NCBI GenBank assembly: GCA_050010755.1
Contig: JBEKKK010000001.1
Span: 992,001 to 1,056,000, forward strand
DNA length: 64,000 nt
Direction: 5' to 3'
Source of the DNA: Candidatus Bathyarchaeia archaeon
GTDB lineage: Archaea; Thermoproteota; Bathyarchaeia; Bathyarchaeales; Bathycorpusculaceae
Made by a program: the position numbers and the translations under genes. This document shows positions 17,875-26,895 of the stretch, one piece after another; position 1 is the first letter of the stretch, and each line of letters begins with the position of its first letter. The notes beneath the pieces were generated by a model that was given only the letters and a program-made list of their open reading frames with translations, did not search any database and had not been told where the DNA came from.

Positions 17875-19461
17875 ATGAGCAGCAACGAAATTGACATTCA
17901 GCTAATCGCATATGACGAAGCGTCGTCTGTGATTGAGAGCGTCGGCACTAACCTTTCCACAACCTTCACAGACATTGAGGGTAACACGCAAGACCTTGCA
18001 ACCTCAACTGATGACGCGACAAGCCAGATTTCCGCAAGTTACACTCAAGTCGGAGAAGCTGCCCAAAATGCTGCTGATGAAACTGAATCTGCAAACATGA
18101 GCTGCTCAAGCAGTGCATCATCCATGAACAGCGCGGCAATGGCTGGCATGATGCTCTACATGAGCTTCAACAATCTGGAGAACGCAGAGATTTCACTTCA
18201 GAAAGCTCACTTAACAGTTGAGAAAGACACATTAGCCGTCACTAAAGCACAGGAAGCCTACAATGCCGCCGTCGCCAAGTACGGCCCAGATTCCCAGCAA
18301 GCGAAAGACGCTGCCCAAAAACTCTCAGATGCACAAGGAACACTTCAAATCGCTGAGGAAAAGGTTGGCGAAGCTCAGAGGAATGTTACCAACTCGATGG
18401 TTATGGCCGCTCTTACCGTGATTCCAAGCTTAATCGCAGTCATAAACACGGTTTCAAACGCAGAGGACATCTGGGAGGGGATACAGTGGGCCTTGAATGC
18501 AGCGATGGATGCGAACCCAATCGGTTTGATTTGTCTCGCCATCGGTGCGCTTATTGCCGTTATCGTTGTGCTCTGGAATTACTGCCCACCGTTCAGAGAC
18601 GCCATAATTGAAGTTGGTAAAGTTCTTGGCGGAACGTTAAAAGAAGCTGTTGAAGCAATCACCGTTGGGCTTGAGTGGTTCTGGAAGAATGTTCTTGAAC
18701 CGCTTGGAAACTTCATCAAAGGGTACATGATCACAGAGATTAATGTGCTTTCCACTGTTGTAATGTTCTTGTGGAATAATGCCTTCAAACCACTTGGAGA
18801 CTTTTTGGCAGGTGCTTTCTACACAAGTATCAAGGTTATTTCAGACATCGTTAATTTTATGTGGGGAAGCGTACTCAAACCTTTTGCAGACTTTCTAATC
18901 GGCGCGTTTGAGGATGCTTGGAAGGGGCTTTCTGATATTATCCAGTGGTTTTACAATCTTCTGAAGCCCATCTTTGACGCCGTTGACACAGCTGCGAAAG
19001 CTCTTGGCGGCTTCGTTAAAGATGTTAGCGGAGCCATGGATAAGGCGGGTGGTGCGATTCAAGGCTTCATCAAAAGCGTTTGCTTCGCTCATGCTCTCTC
19101 AGATGCTGCTGACAGCAGTGAAAAAACTATGAAGAATTGGACGGGCATGGTTGACGATAGCATGAACAAGGGCCTCAAATCCATCAAAGACTTCAACGCG
19201 CAAGCTCAGATAGGCGGAACGGGAATGTCAGGCTCCATATCTGGCATGGGAGCTTTGCCGACAGGAGCGCAGAAGCCTACAACCGTGAACATTGAAACGA
19301 AGGCGCCTCTTATCAATATTGAAGGTAGCGCGGATAAGGCCACAGTTGATGCCGCGTCAAAGATGCTTCTTCAGCAGCTTAAAACGATTATTGTCGAGCC
19401 CACAAGCTCAGCAGCTGCGGCGACTCAGAAAAGAATCCGCTCAGGGAGTGTGTTTAGATAA
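17875..19461 (+). CDS. Tape measure protein
   Basis: 528 aa helical protein; N-terminal IDIQLIAYDEAS, ALNAAMDANPIGLI motif, periodic W/F repeats. Confidence 0.9.
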   Translation: MSSNEIDIQLIAYDEASSVIESVGTNLSTTFTDIEGNTQDLATSTDDATSQISASYTQVGEAAQNAADETESANMSCSSSASSMNSAAMAGMMLYMSFNNLENAEISLQKAHLTVEKDTLAVTKAQEAYNAAVAKYGPDSQQAKDAAQKLSDAQGTLQIAEEKVGEAQRNVTNSMVMAALTVIPSLIAVINTVSNAEDIWEGIQWALNAAMDANPIGLICLAIGALIAVIVVLWNYCPPFRDAIIEVGKVLGGTLKEAVEAITVGLEWFWKNVLEPLGNFIKGYMITEINVLSTVVMFLWNNAFKPLGDFLAGAFYTSIKVISDIVNFMWGSVLKPFADFLIGAFEDAWKGLSDIIQWFYNLLKPIFDAVDTAAKALGGFVKDVSGAMDKAGGAIQGFIKSVCFAHALSDAADSSEKTMKNWTGMVDDSMNKGLKSIKDFNAQAQIGGTGMSGSISGMGALPTGAQKPTTVNIETKAPLINIEGSADKATVDAASKMLLQQLKTIIVEPTSSAAAATQKRIRSGSVFR

Positions 19462-20492
19462 TGGTGCTCTTAGCTGAACAGGAAAGACTAATCGCTCAAG
19501 AAGCAAACCTTGTGAATGATGCGACCCAGTATGCAGCTACAACTGCAAGCTGGGTACTTCTGAAAGACTGGGGCAACATCACAATGCCCGCAGATGGCAT
19601 TCTACTCATAAAGTTTGACAGTTTCCTTGACACAACAGGGGGAAGCGGAGCCATAAGAATCAAGGTTGGCTCATATTACGTGCTCACATCTTGGACAAAC
19701 TTGGCAACTTCTCAGAGCTTTGGCACGGCAATCTGGCTTGCAGCCGGCACGTATGATATTCAAGCAGCTGGATACTTGAATGGCGCAGGAAGCAATTATA
19801 ACGTTTACCTCAAGAATTTCCAATGCGGCCTCACAGCCTTTAATGACGCCGTTGGCTCATCTGTGCACACATACAGCAGCGGAACAAGCTTAACGGTGAA
19901 TAACAGGAACACGCCAGCAGGGCCCCTTCAGCAAGCCACATATTTTGTTCAAGTTTACGCGGTCACATCTGGCGCCTCAACAACTCTTGAGAATATCGGC
20001 AACAATTACACAAACGGAGTCAGCATACTTGTTGATGGCGTGCAAGTCAACTGGAGCGAAGTTATCCCTGAAGAAAGTGGCAGCTCAGGAGGCACAACAG
20101 GGAAAATCAGCTTACCATACAACGTAGACCTTAGTCACACGGTCACTATAAGCAAGAGAAATGGTAGCACGGCCGTGACCATTAGCGTGATTGCATGCCC
20201 TTGGATTTTATCTTCAACTTTCGGCATCCCTGTGAACATTTACTTTAGTCAAGGTAGCACGCTTTATTGCATGCTTGAACCTTGGTATCTTAACCCTTCA
20301 ACAAAGTTCACAGGGGTTGGAGCCATTCATGGAGTCACATTCGGAAACGCGGATGACTTCTACAGCAGCATCACGGGAGCTGACCTTCAAGAGTTCAGTT
20401 ACATGATGGACATTGTGGACATTAACAACAATAATCTGATGGCTTCCGGCCTAGGCGCTTGTATCGGAGTCATCGCCGTGGATGCAAGGTGA
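19461..20492 (+). CDS. Tail-tip / minor tail protein
   Basis: Beta-rich Gly/Ser/Thr protein translationally coupled to the tape measure gene. Confidence 0.6.
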   Translation: MVLLAEQERLIAQEANLVNDATQYAATTASWVLLKDWGNITMPADGILLIKFDSFLDTTGGSGAIRIKVGSYYVLTSWTNLATSQSFGTAIWLAAGTYDIQAAGYLNGAGSNYNVYLKNFQCGLTAFNDAVGSSVHTYSSGTSLTVNNRNTPAGPLQQATYFVQVYAVTSGASTTLENIGNNYTNGVSILVDGVQVNWSEVIPEESGSSGGTTGKISLPYNVDLSHTVTISKRNGSTAVTISVIACPWILSSTFGIPVNIYFSQGSTLYCMLEPWYLNPSTKFTGVGAIHGVTFGNADDFYSSITGADLQEFSYMMDIVDINNNNLMASGLGACIGVIAVDAR

Positions 20493-20496
20493 TAAG

Positions 20497-21315
20497 ATGC
20501 CAACTTTTGGAAACACAAACTCGGGCGTGAACAGCCACGGAGAAAGCGCAAACGCAACTCATGGCGGAGTATTCTCGCTCTCACAAGCAGGTATCGTGAC
20601 AGCCCTGATCTTGTACTGTCAGATTCCAAACGGAGTACAAGTGCAATGCGCCGTTTACCGTGACAGTACTTTAGCATATGTGGGAAAAACCCAAACAGTC
20701 ACGGGCACAGGAGCAGCTGCAGCCTTTGTGCAATTTAGCTTCAGCGGAAATGGCCTTCAACTTGACGCGGATACTTATCAACTCTTGTTCAACGCATCTA
20801 GCAGTTACACGGCCTACGATAGTAGCTCATCAGGTGGCACACCTGTAAACTCGGTAACGGAAAATTTTGGCACGTGGCCGAACCCTGGCACATGGACACA
20901 TGCAAGTTCAGCCCTGAACTGGTGTATTTATGGCTCGTACACAGCGAACTCAAGCGTGGGTGTGATGCTTGATGGGCAGGCTTTAACAGTTCAAAAATGG
21001 TCTGAATCTTGTGCAGCTCAGGGAAGCAATTGGGACGCTTGGTATGGTGGTCAGTACAAACGAAAAGTCAAAACCTATGGCATCGTCCGCACGTACACGC
21101 TGACTTTTCTTGAGTATAATGTGTCATGGGCGAACAGTCTTGCCAACCTATACGAGCAGGACTGCCAGAATGGAAACGTCGTGACATTTTACAGCGACAC
21201 CGCTCAAAGGCCCGTGAACAGCGTGAGCGTCAACGTTTTGGACGTCACGTTTGACATGGAAAACCTTGCAGGACAAAACGTGCGAATCGTAACAGTAACA
21301 ATTCAAGAAGCATAG
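20497..21315 (+). CDS. Tail-tip protein, possibly with a distal-tail-like C-terminal domain
   Basis: GGTGA RBS; beta-rich; C-terminal KRKVKTYG.VRTYTLTF...VTVTIQEA. Confidence 0.55.
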   Translation: MPTFGNTNSGVNSHGESANATHGGVFSLSQAGIVTALILYCQIPNGVQVQCAVYRDSTLAYVGKTQTVTGTGAAAAFVQFSFSGNGLQLDADTYQLLFNASSSYTAYDSSSSGGTPVNSVTENFGTWPNPGTWTHASSALNWCIYGSYTANSSVGVMLDGQALTVQKWSESCAAQGSNWDAWYGGQYKRKVKTYGIVRTYTLTFLEYNVSWANSLANLYEQDCQNGNVVTFYSDTAQRPVNSVSVNVLDVTFDMENLAGQNVRIVTVTIQEA

Positions 21316-21407
21316 GAGCACTTTCGAACAGCTGGGCAAGATAACATTCGCAGGTCACGGTTCAAGAGGCACAATTTTCGCGAGTATCTGGTTATGAGGT
21401 TTGAAGC

Positions 21408-21614
21408 ATGGTAGAAGTTGATATTCTGGAAAATTTCGGACGAGAGGCCGAGCTGCGAAAGAAATGGTTAAAACAGTGGCAGCTGCTGGGGACTCGAATA
21501 CTGCGATTTCCCAAGTGGATGCAGACCATCATTCTGGAAGACGTGAACACCGCGATTGAGAACAGAGCGGCCACAATGGAAATGATACTACGCAGCAAGA
21601 AACATTCGACCTGA
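21408..21614 (+). CDS. Small helical protein, paralog of 6337-6651
   Basis: FPKWMQTIILEDVNTAIENR; GAGGT RBS. Confidence 0.7.
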   Translation: MVEVDILENFGREAELRKKWLKQWQLLGTRILRFPKWMQTIILEDVNTAIENRAATMEMILRSKKHST

Positions 21615-21618
21615 AGGT

Positions 21619-22017
21619 GTGGAAGAAATGAAACGAAAAATCGAAGACGAAATCAGACAGCTCAGCCCTGGAGATCTCTGTTGCATCGACTGGTACGACG
21701 CCAGCATCGGCAAGAGTTTGAACAGCGGCATGGCCGTTGACGTGCCGGTGAAGAGCTGGGGCATTTTCGTGGGCGCGATGGGCCAGAGGAGCAAGCACAT
21801 TATTCTCGCCCAGAACAATTTCAGATATTCAGACGGTATGTACGACATCGACTACACCGCCGTGCCGGTTGCATGGACAATCGGGATCACAGTAATTCTC
21901 AAGAACTACCTCGCCTCGGATGACGTTAAGCATTTGCTTAACAGTTTTCTCATCGGCGGCAGGCGCACGGAAAGGAAGTTTCAGCAAAGGGCGTGTAACC
22001 ATGGAAGACTGGGTTAA
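21619..22017 (+). CDS. Hypothetical viral protein (possible small beta-barrel)
   Basis: PGDLCCIDWYDAS...KSWGIFVG; co-oriented and tightly spaced. Confidence 0.65.
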   Translation: MEEMKRKIEDEIRQLSPGDLCCIDWYDASIGKSLNSGMAVDVPVKSWGIFVGAMGQRSKHIILAQNNFRYSDGMYDIDYTAVPVAWTIGITVILKNYLASDDVKHLLNSFLIGGRRTERKFQQRACNHGRLG

Positions 22018-22267
22018 GCGGGCTCTCACCAGAAAGGGGCATCGCAAAGGCGCGCGCGGAGCTTTTGAAGACTTCGAGATCACACCCAACGAAGAGCTTG
22101 TTTATGGTGTCAAGTTTGCAATAGGCATGACAGTCTGCCTGAGCGCCATTGAAATTGCGCACATGGCCTTTCTACACAGCTGGAACAGCGAAGTGTTCAC
22201 TGCGATGACAGGTCTGACAGGATTGGTGACTGGCATCCTCATAGGCCATCGTGTTAGCGCGTGCTGA
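22001..22267 (+). CDS. Small two-TM membrane protein (holin-like topology)
   Basis: ATG 22001; basic N-terminus then two hydrophobic helices. Confidence 0.55.
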   Translation: MEDWVKRALTRKGHRKGARGAFEDFEITPNEELVYGVKFAIGMTVCLSAIEIAHMAFLHSWNSEVFTAMTGLTGLVTGILIGHRVSAC

Positions 22268-22376
22268 CGAATCAAGTGAAAATCCACTCTCAGCAAGCAT
22301 AACAGCCCTCAGCGAACTGAGTTCCCCCCTTTTCATTGTTTTAATTCTCCTTCCCAGTTGCTAGTAGGTGTGAAAG

Positions 22377-23849
22377 TTGAGAAGACGAAAAGAATATTTC
22401 AGGATTCGACGCCTTGCCAGGCGCTACGATCGTAAGTCCGGTAAATTCACCATCAGCGTATCGTATGAAACGGCAACTCCGAAACCTTCAGACAGGGTTG
22501 TTGCAGTTGCCGAAGGCTTCGGCCTAGGCTTGGACAAGTGGGAACGGTTCGTAATCTACGACAACGTCCAGATTTCTATCTCCCAGACAGACATCGTCTA
22601 TATCACGGGTGACAGCGGCAGCGGCAAGAGTGTTCTCCTGCGAGCGCTGCTCAAAGATTTGGGAGACGAGGCAGTCGACATGAACGCTATTCCCATCGAC
22701 TCTGCCCGGCCGCTCATCGAAACTGTCGGCAAGACAGTTGAAGAAGGACTGGAGCTTCTCAGCCGAGTTGGCTTGAACGATGCTTTCCTATTTCTACGCA
22801 ACTACGATCAACTCTCGGATGGTCAACGCTACAGATACAAGATTGCCAAGCTCATTGAAAGCGGCAAACAATTCTGGCTCTTTGATGAGTTTTGTGCCAC
22901 TTTAGATCGGGATACTGCGAAGATTGTTGCATTTAACGTCCAGAAGCTTGCGCGGGCCCTTGGAAAGGCCGTCGTTGCGGCCACGACTCACATGGATCTC
23001 TTCGAAGACATGAAACCTAGCGTTCACGTCCACAAACGTTTCGGCGAAGAGATATCCATCAAATATTACCCGAACACCGCTGCACAAGAGTGCAGCCTGA
23101 TGGCCGAGATGCGTGTCGAAAAGGGCACAACAAAAGAGTGGAAAAAACTCGCCAGCTTCCATTATCGATCCCATAGGGCCGGTGCAGTTCGCAAGATTTT
23201 CTGCTTGAAACGCCGCGACGAGGAACTATGCGGTGTGATTGCCTATTGCTACTCGCCGCCCGAAGCTTACGGACGCAGAATGGTCCTCCCAAGAATGACT
23301 ATAGGGGAAATCAACCAAAAGCTCAGCATCATCAGCCGCGTCGTCGTGCACCCAAAGTACAGAACGATAGGCCTCGGCCGCCGGCTAATCCAAGAAACCC
23401 TGCCTCTCGTAGGAACGGAGTACGTCGAGATGCCAGCCGTCATGGCAAAATACAATCCCTTTGCCGAGCGCGCCGGCATGCGTAGAATAACTGAGCAGCA
23501 CCCCTCAAAAGATGTCCTGAAAATTGTAAATGTCCTTGAAGAAGTCGGGTTCAAGGCTCAGTTGCTCGGAAGCCAGAATTACGTTTTCGATGTCCTTCGA
23601 AATCTCAGCAGTGCCAACCTGGAAAGAGTCAGGGAGGCCTTCGCGAAAGGTGGACACGTGCGTTTCCTGAAATATTTCAGCTCTGATCTTCCATTCGGCC
23701 ACAAGGAAGAATACAAGGAAGCCGTCAGAACTGCGGATCTAGTGAAGCTCGCGGGGCTCATCAAGATCTGCGGTTTTCTGTTGCAGACAAAAGTCTACCT
23801 TTTTTGGCAGCGCCCTAAACGCGCGCTTAAAAGAAGGAAAAAGTGTTGA
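22377..23849 (+). CDS. ABC-type ATPase fused to a GNAT acyltransferase (COG2401-like)
   Basis: Walker A GDSGSGKS, signature LSDGQ, Walker B WLFDEF, H-loop ATTH; GNAT motif A ISRVVVHPKYRTIGLG. Confidence 0.88.
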   Translation: MRRRKEYFRIRRLARRYDRKSGKFTISVSYETATPKPSDRVVAVAEGFGLGLDKWERFVIYDNVQISISQTDIVYITGDSGSGKSVLLRALLKDLGDEAVDMNAIPIDSARPLIETVGKTVEEGLELLSRVGLNDAFLFLRNYDQLSDGQRYRYKIAKLIESGKQFWLFDEFCATLDRDTAKIVAFNVQKLARALGKAVVAATTHMDLFEDMKPSVHVHKRFGEEISIKYYPNTAAQECSLMAEMRVEKGTTKEWKKLASFHYRSHRAGAVRKIFCLKRRDEELCGVIAYCYSPPEAYGRRMVLPRMTIGEINQKLSIISRVVVHPKYRTIGLGRRLIQETLPLVGTEYVEMPAVMAKYNPFAERAGMRRITEQHPSKDVLKIVNVLEEVGFKAQLLGSQNYVFDVLRNLSSANLERVREAFAKGGHVRFLKYFSSDLPFGHKEEYKEAVRTADLVKLAGLIKICGFLLQTKVYLFWQRPKRALKRRKKC

Positions 23850-24439
23850 GAAAACAAATAGGCGTGTCCGTGGATGCCCAGGTCTGGAACGGCTATCGAG
23901 AGGTTTGCACGCGTGAGAAACTTTGGCCCGTTGAGCCAATTGAAGAATTTCTCAAGTTTATCCTGAGGAACGGTTCAGCCCTGACAGCCATAAGCATGTT
24001 TCAGAGTATGGCAAGGGTGGAACCAGCGGCTTTCGAGACATATGCTCGAGTGTTACTCAACTGGTACAAGACGGGCCGATATTGGGTTCACGTGACAGAT
24101 GAGGTTGAAGCTCCCGTGGAACAAATGTTGCTACATTCCTTGAAGGACGTTGCCGACCCTCGTTTGCGCAACCAGATACAGGAAACTCTCATTAGCCCTC
24201 ACAAACGCTCAAGCCACAAGAATAGGAAAAGATTGATTGTAAACAATACTGCCGCCAAAGGAGAACCGCCAATCGAAATTGCACCTTCCGCCACGTCAGA
24301 AAGAATACAAGAAATCAAAAAACGAATCACCGGTCGGACCATGAACGCTGAAAAGGCAAAAAGAATGTTAGAGAAGATACATGAGATCCGAGAAAAACTC
24401 AGAAGTGACGAAAAAGACCGAAACAGGAAACGTGGATAA
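23843..24439 (+). CDS. Putative ribbon-helix-helix DNA-binding protein
   Basis: N-terminal RKQIGVSVDAQVWNGYREVC...IEEFLK strand-helix-helix pattern; basic C-terminus. Confidence 0.55.
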   Translation: MLRKQIGVSVDAQVWNGYREVCTREKLWPVEPIEEFLKFILRNGSALTAISMFQSMARVEPAAFETYARVLLNWYKTGRYWVHVTDEVEAPVEQMLLHSLKDVADPRLRNQIQETLISPHKRSSHKNRKRLIVNNTAAKGEPPIEIAPSATSERIQEIKKRITGRTMNAEKAKRMLEKIHEIREKLRSDEKDRNRKRG

Positions 24440-24536
24440 AAAGAGCGGCACGCGCGCTCAAGACGCAAGAATGAACGAAAAGACCAGAGATAAATTATGC
24501 TTGATTTCGTCGCCACACAACATGGAAACTTACACT

Positions 24537-24564
24537 GCAACATTACACGGCAACATTACAACGG
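24537..24564. repeat. Short tandem direct repeat at the right end of the viral cluster
   Basis: GCAACATTACA at 24537-24547 and 24550-24560. Confidence 0.55.
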
Positions 24565-24568
24565 ATGT

Positions 24569-24590
24569 AAAGAAAAAAAAGGGAGGGGGG
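24569..24590 (-). terminator. C-rich plus T-tract terminator of the CDF gene
   Basis: Reads CCCCCCTCCCTTTTTTTTCTTT on the minus strand, downstream of the CDF stop. Confidence 0.55.
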
Positions 24591-24652
24591 CAGAATACAA
24601 ACCGTTATCCATAAACCCAGAAGTGGGTGTTCCGGAAATATGGGGCAAAATG

Positions 24653-26011
24653 TTACGCTGGTTCCATGTGAAGAGTGACAACTGTTTCGGGAAAGCGTTC
24701 TCTGAGCTGCTCTTCGATCTGTGACGCTATTTTGTGGGCTTCTTCGATCGTAATTTGCTTTGCGAAGCTGCAGTCGATGTTTATGTGCAGTTTCTTTCTT
24801 GCCACATAAGTTACTATTCCTTTGATGTGAATGGCTTGCCGATGTTTCTCCACTATGCTCTCGGCTGTGCGTCTGATTTCTTTCTCGTCAATCGCTGAAC
24901 CCTCTCGTCTCCTGGGGCTGAAAGGTTCCATGTGCACGGCCACGTTTTCCACTTCGGGTATTCTTTTTTCAATCGTATTTTCGATTTCTTGAGCTATTTC
25001 GTGGCCGGCTTCAACCGACATCTTTGGATCCACGTTGGCGTGCAATGTGACGTACAGTTTTCCTTCAGTGTGCACGGCGCTTACTTCATGCACTTCCTTC
25101 ACGCCTTGAACCCCTATGGCAAGATTCTCCACGAGCTTTTCAGTTGGGATTCCCTTTTCGTATGGCTCGGTGTGTATTGAAACGTCGCAGTTTCCGCACA
25201 CGTTCTTTATGTTTGATTCTATCTTGGAAGTCAATTCGTGGGCTTCCCCGAAATCAAGGTAGTCAGGCACTTGGACCGTTGCCTCGACGTAGGTCTTTTC
25301 TCCAGCTTTTCTCATTTTCAGGGATTCGAGTTTGCACACACCCTGTGTTCCCACTATTTCATGTCTGACAGTTTCGGCCAAATCCTTCGATATCGCGTCC
25401 GTCAACTCCATCCCGCTACTCCAAACCAGCTTGACACTCAGGTAGATTAACAGGCCAGCGAGAATCATTGAAGAAATGGAATCTCCATAGTGGAACCCGA
25501 AAGCCGCTAACGCGAATCCAATGAGCGCTATAAAGGTTGAGCTCATGTCTGCGATGGCATCATAATACCCGACTCGCATGCTTGTGCTTTCAATCTTGCG
25601 CGTTCTGCTGAATGTTCTCACCCTGAAAAAGTCCACACAGAGAGTGTAGCCAATCGCTATGAAGCCGGGAATTTCTAGTCCCGAGTTGATGCTTTGTCCT
25701 CGCATTATCCTCAAGACAGCCTCGTACACCAACAGCAATGCTATGATTACAAGCGAGAGTCCACCCACGAATCCCCCGACCGATTCGAATTTCTCATGCC
25801 CGAACATGTGTTCCTCGTCAGCAGGTTTAGCCGACTCGCGCACTGCTAAGAAGAGAACAATAGTAATTAGAACATCAAACAGTGCGTGCAAACCATCACT
25901 CACAATCGCAAGACTGTTCGCCGTCAGACCGACGATCATTTCAACGAAAACAACGCTTGTTATCGCAATTGCCGAGAGCTTAAGCGTCCTTTGTTTGAAG
26001 CCGCTTTCCAA
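24653..26011 (-). CDS. Cation diffusion facilitator transporter with three C-terminal dimerisation domains
   Basis: SLAIVSDGLHALFD, KPADEEHMFGHEKFE and three EAHE...IH.EP repeats. Confidence 0.93.
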   Translation of the reverse strand: MESGFKQRTLKLSAIAITSVVFVEMIVGLTANSLAIVSDGLHALFDVLITIVLFLAVRESAKPADEEHMFGHEKFESVGGFVGGLSLVIIALLLVYEAVLRIMRGQSINSGLEIPGFIAIGYTLCVDFFRVRTFSRTRKIESTSMRVGYYDAIADMSSTFIALIGFALAAFGFHYGDSISSMILAGLLIYLSVKLVWSSGMELTDAISKDLAETVRHEIVGTQGVCKLESLKMRKAGEKTYVEATVQVPDYLDFGEAHELTSKIESNIKNVCGNCDVSIHTEPYEKGIPTEKLVENLAIGVQGVKEVHEVSAVHTEGKLYVTLHANVDPKMSVEAGHEIAQEIENTIEKRIPEVENVAVHMEPFSPRRREGSAIDEKEIRRTAESIVEKHRQAIHIKGIVTYVARKKLHINIDCSFAKQITIEEAHKIASQIEEQLRERFPETVVTLHMEPA

Positions 26012-26276
26012 ATATTCCGAGCACTACTCGGAGTTACATCCATTTCCCGCCGATTTAAGAATTATGGGTTTCCAACGCGCGCTCTAAAATCAGAAGTAAC
26101 ATACACGCCCTTTAGCAACTTCAGCCTATACCAAAATAACGCACAGATCCGACATTCAACCTGATTCAAGGAGTAGCTGTGAATAAACCAGTTTATGTCG
26201 GCGCGTACGCGAGAACCTTCGTAGGCGAAGTTTTAATACGTTAGACCTTTGAAGTCTACTTGGAGTTCAGCTGAAA

Positions 26277-26750
26277 TTGGTCACTTTAACGGATTGGGCC
26301 GCTATTCTTTCGGCAGTGGCCGGAGTCTCTGCAACGGTCTTCATTTTGCTTCAGCTTAGACACATGGAGAAGCACAGGGATCTGGAGATTTCAATGAAGC
26401 TTTTCGATTGGGCGGAGACGGACCGTCTTCATAAGGCTTTCAGATGGGTTGAGGACAAGTTCCAGTTTGAAGACTATGAGCAATACAAGAAACATATGGC
26501 AGAAGACTACGAGGCGAGCGACTATCCTTACGAGGTCACAGCCTTCTTTGAAGAAGTGGGTTTCTTGATAGAAAAGAAATTCATAGACATCGACATAATA
26601 GCAGACCACCTCGATACGCACATAATCTCAAACTGGAAGAAACTGGAACCCTGGATCCTGGCGTTGAGAAAGGAGAAGGGCGACAAAACCTTTGGAGAGC
26701 ACTTCCAGAAGCTCTATGAAAAAACGATTGCATACATGAAAAGAAAATGA
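26277..26750 (+). CDS. DUF4760-like membrane-anchored protein
   Basis: N-terminal TM helix; FFEEVGFLIEKKFID...W..L.PWI...R...EHFQKL. Confidence 0.7.
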   Translation: MVTLTDWAAILSAVAGVSATVFILLQLRHMEKHRDLEISMKLFDWAETDRLHKAFRWVEDKFQFEDYEQYKKHMAEDYEASDYPYEVTAFFEEVGFLIEKKFIDIDIIADHLDTHIISNWKKLEPWILALRKEKGDKTFGEHFQKLYEKTIAYMKRK

Positions 26751-26895
26751 GAGCTGGCTTCGCCCACGCAGCTTCGTGAAAGATTCTGGTGACTTTCCAG
26801 CCAGCGTGGAAAGAGAAATTTCGAAAACTGCAAATTTCTGAAAAGAATGATGTGGAAAAGGTACGTTCCACATCATTCTTGGAAGAGCTGCCATT

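Larger units (their letters stand above)
2209..24439 (+). mobile_element. Tailed-virus (Caudoviricetes-type, siphovirus-like) morphogenesis cluster: provirus remnant or GTA-like element; boundaries approximate
   Basis: About 30 co-oriented, often overlapping genes in canonical head-neck-tail order, with recognisable TerL, portal, HK97 capsid, tail tube and tape measure. No sheath, integrase or replication gene seen. Confidence 0.9.

Noticed and set aside
11914-21315. Diversity-generating retroelement acting on spike or tail genes
   Set aside because: No reverse transcriptase and no template/variable repeat pair were seen.
22377-23849. ABC transporter
   Set aside because: No adjacent permease or binding protein, and the ATPase is fused to a GNAT domain.
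2209-24439. Contractile injection system or tailocin interpretation
   Set aside because: Capsid, portal and terminase are present, and no sheath or baseplate wedge genes are recognisable.
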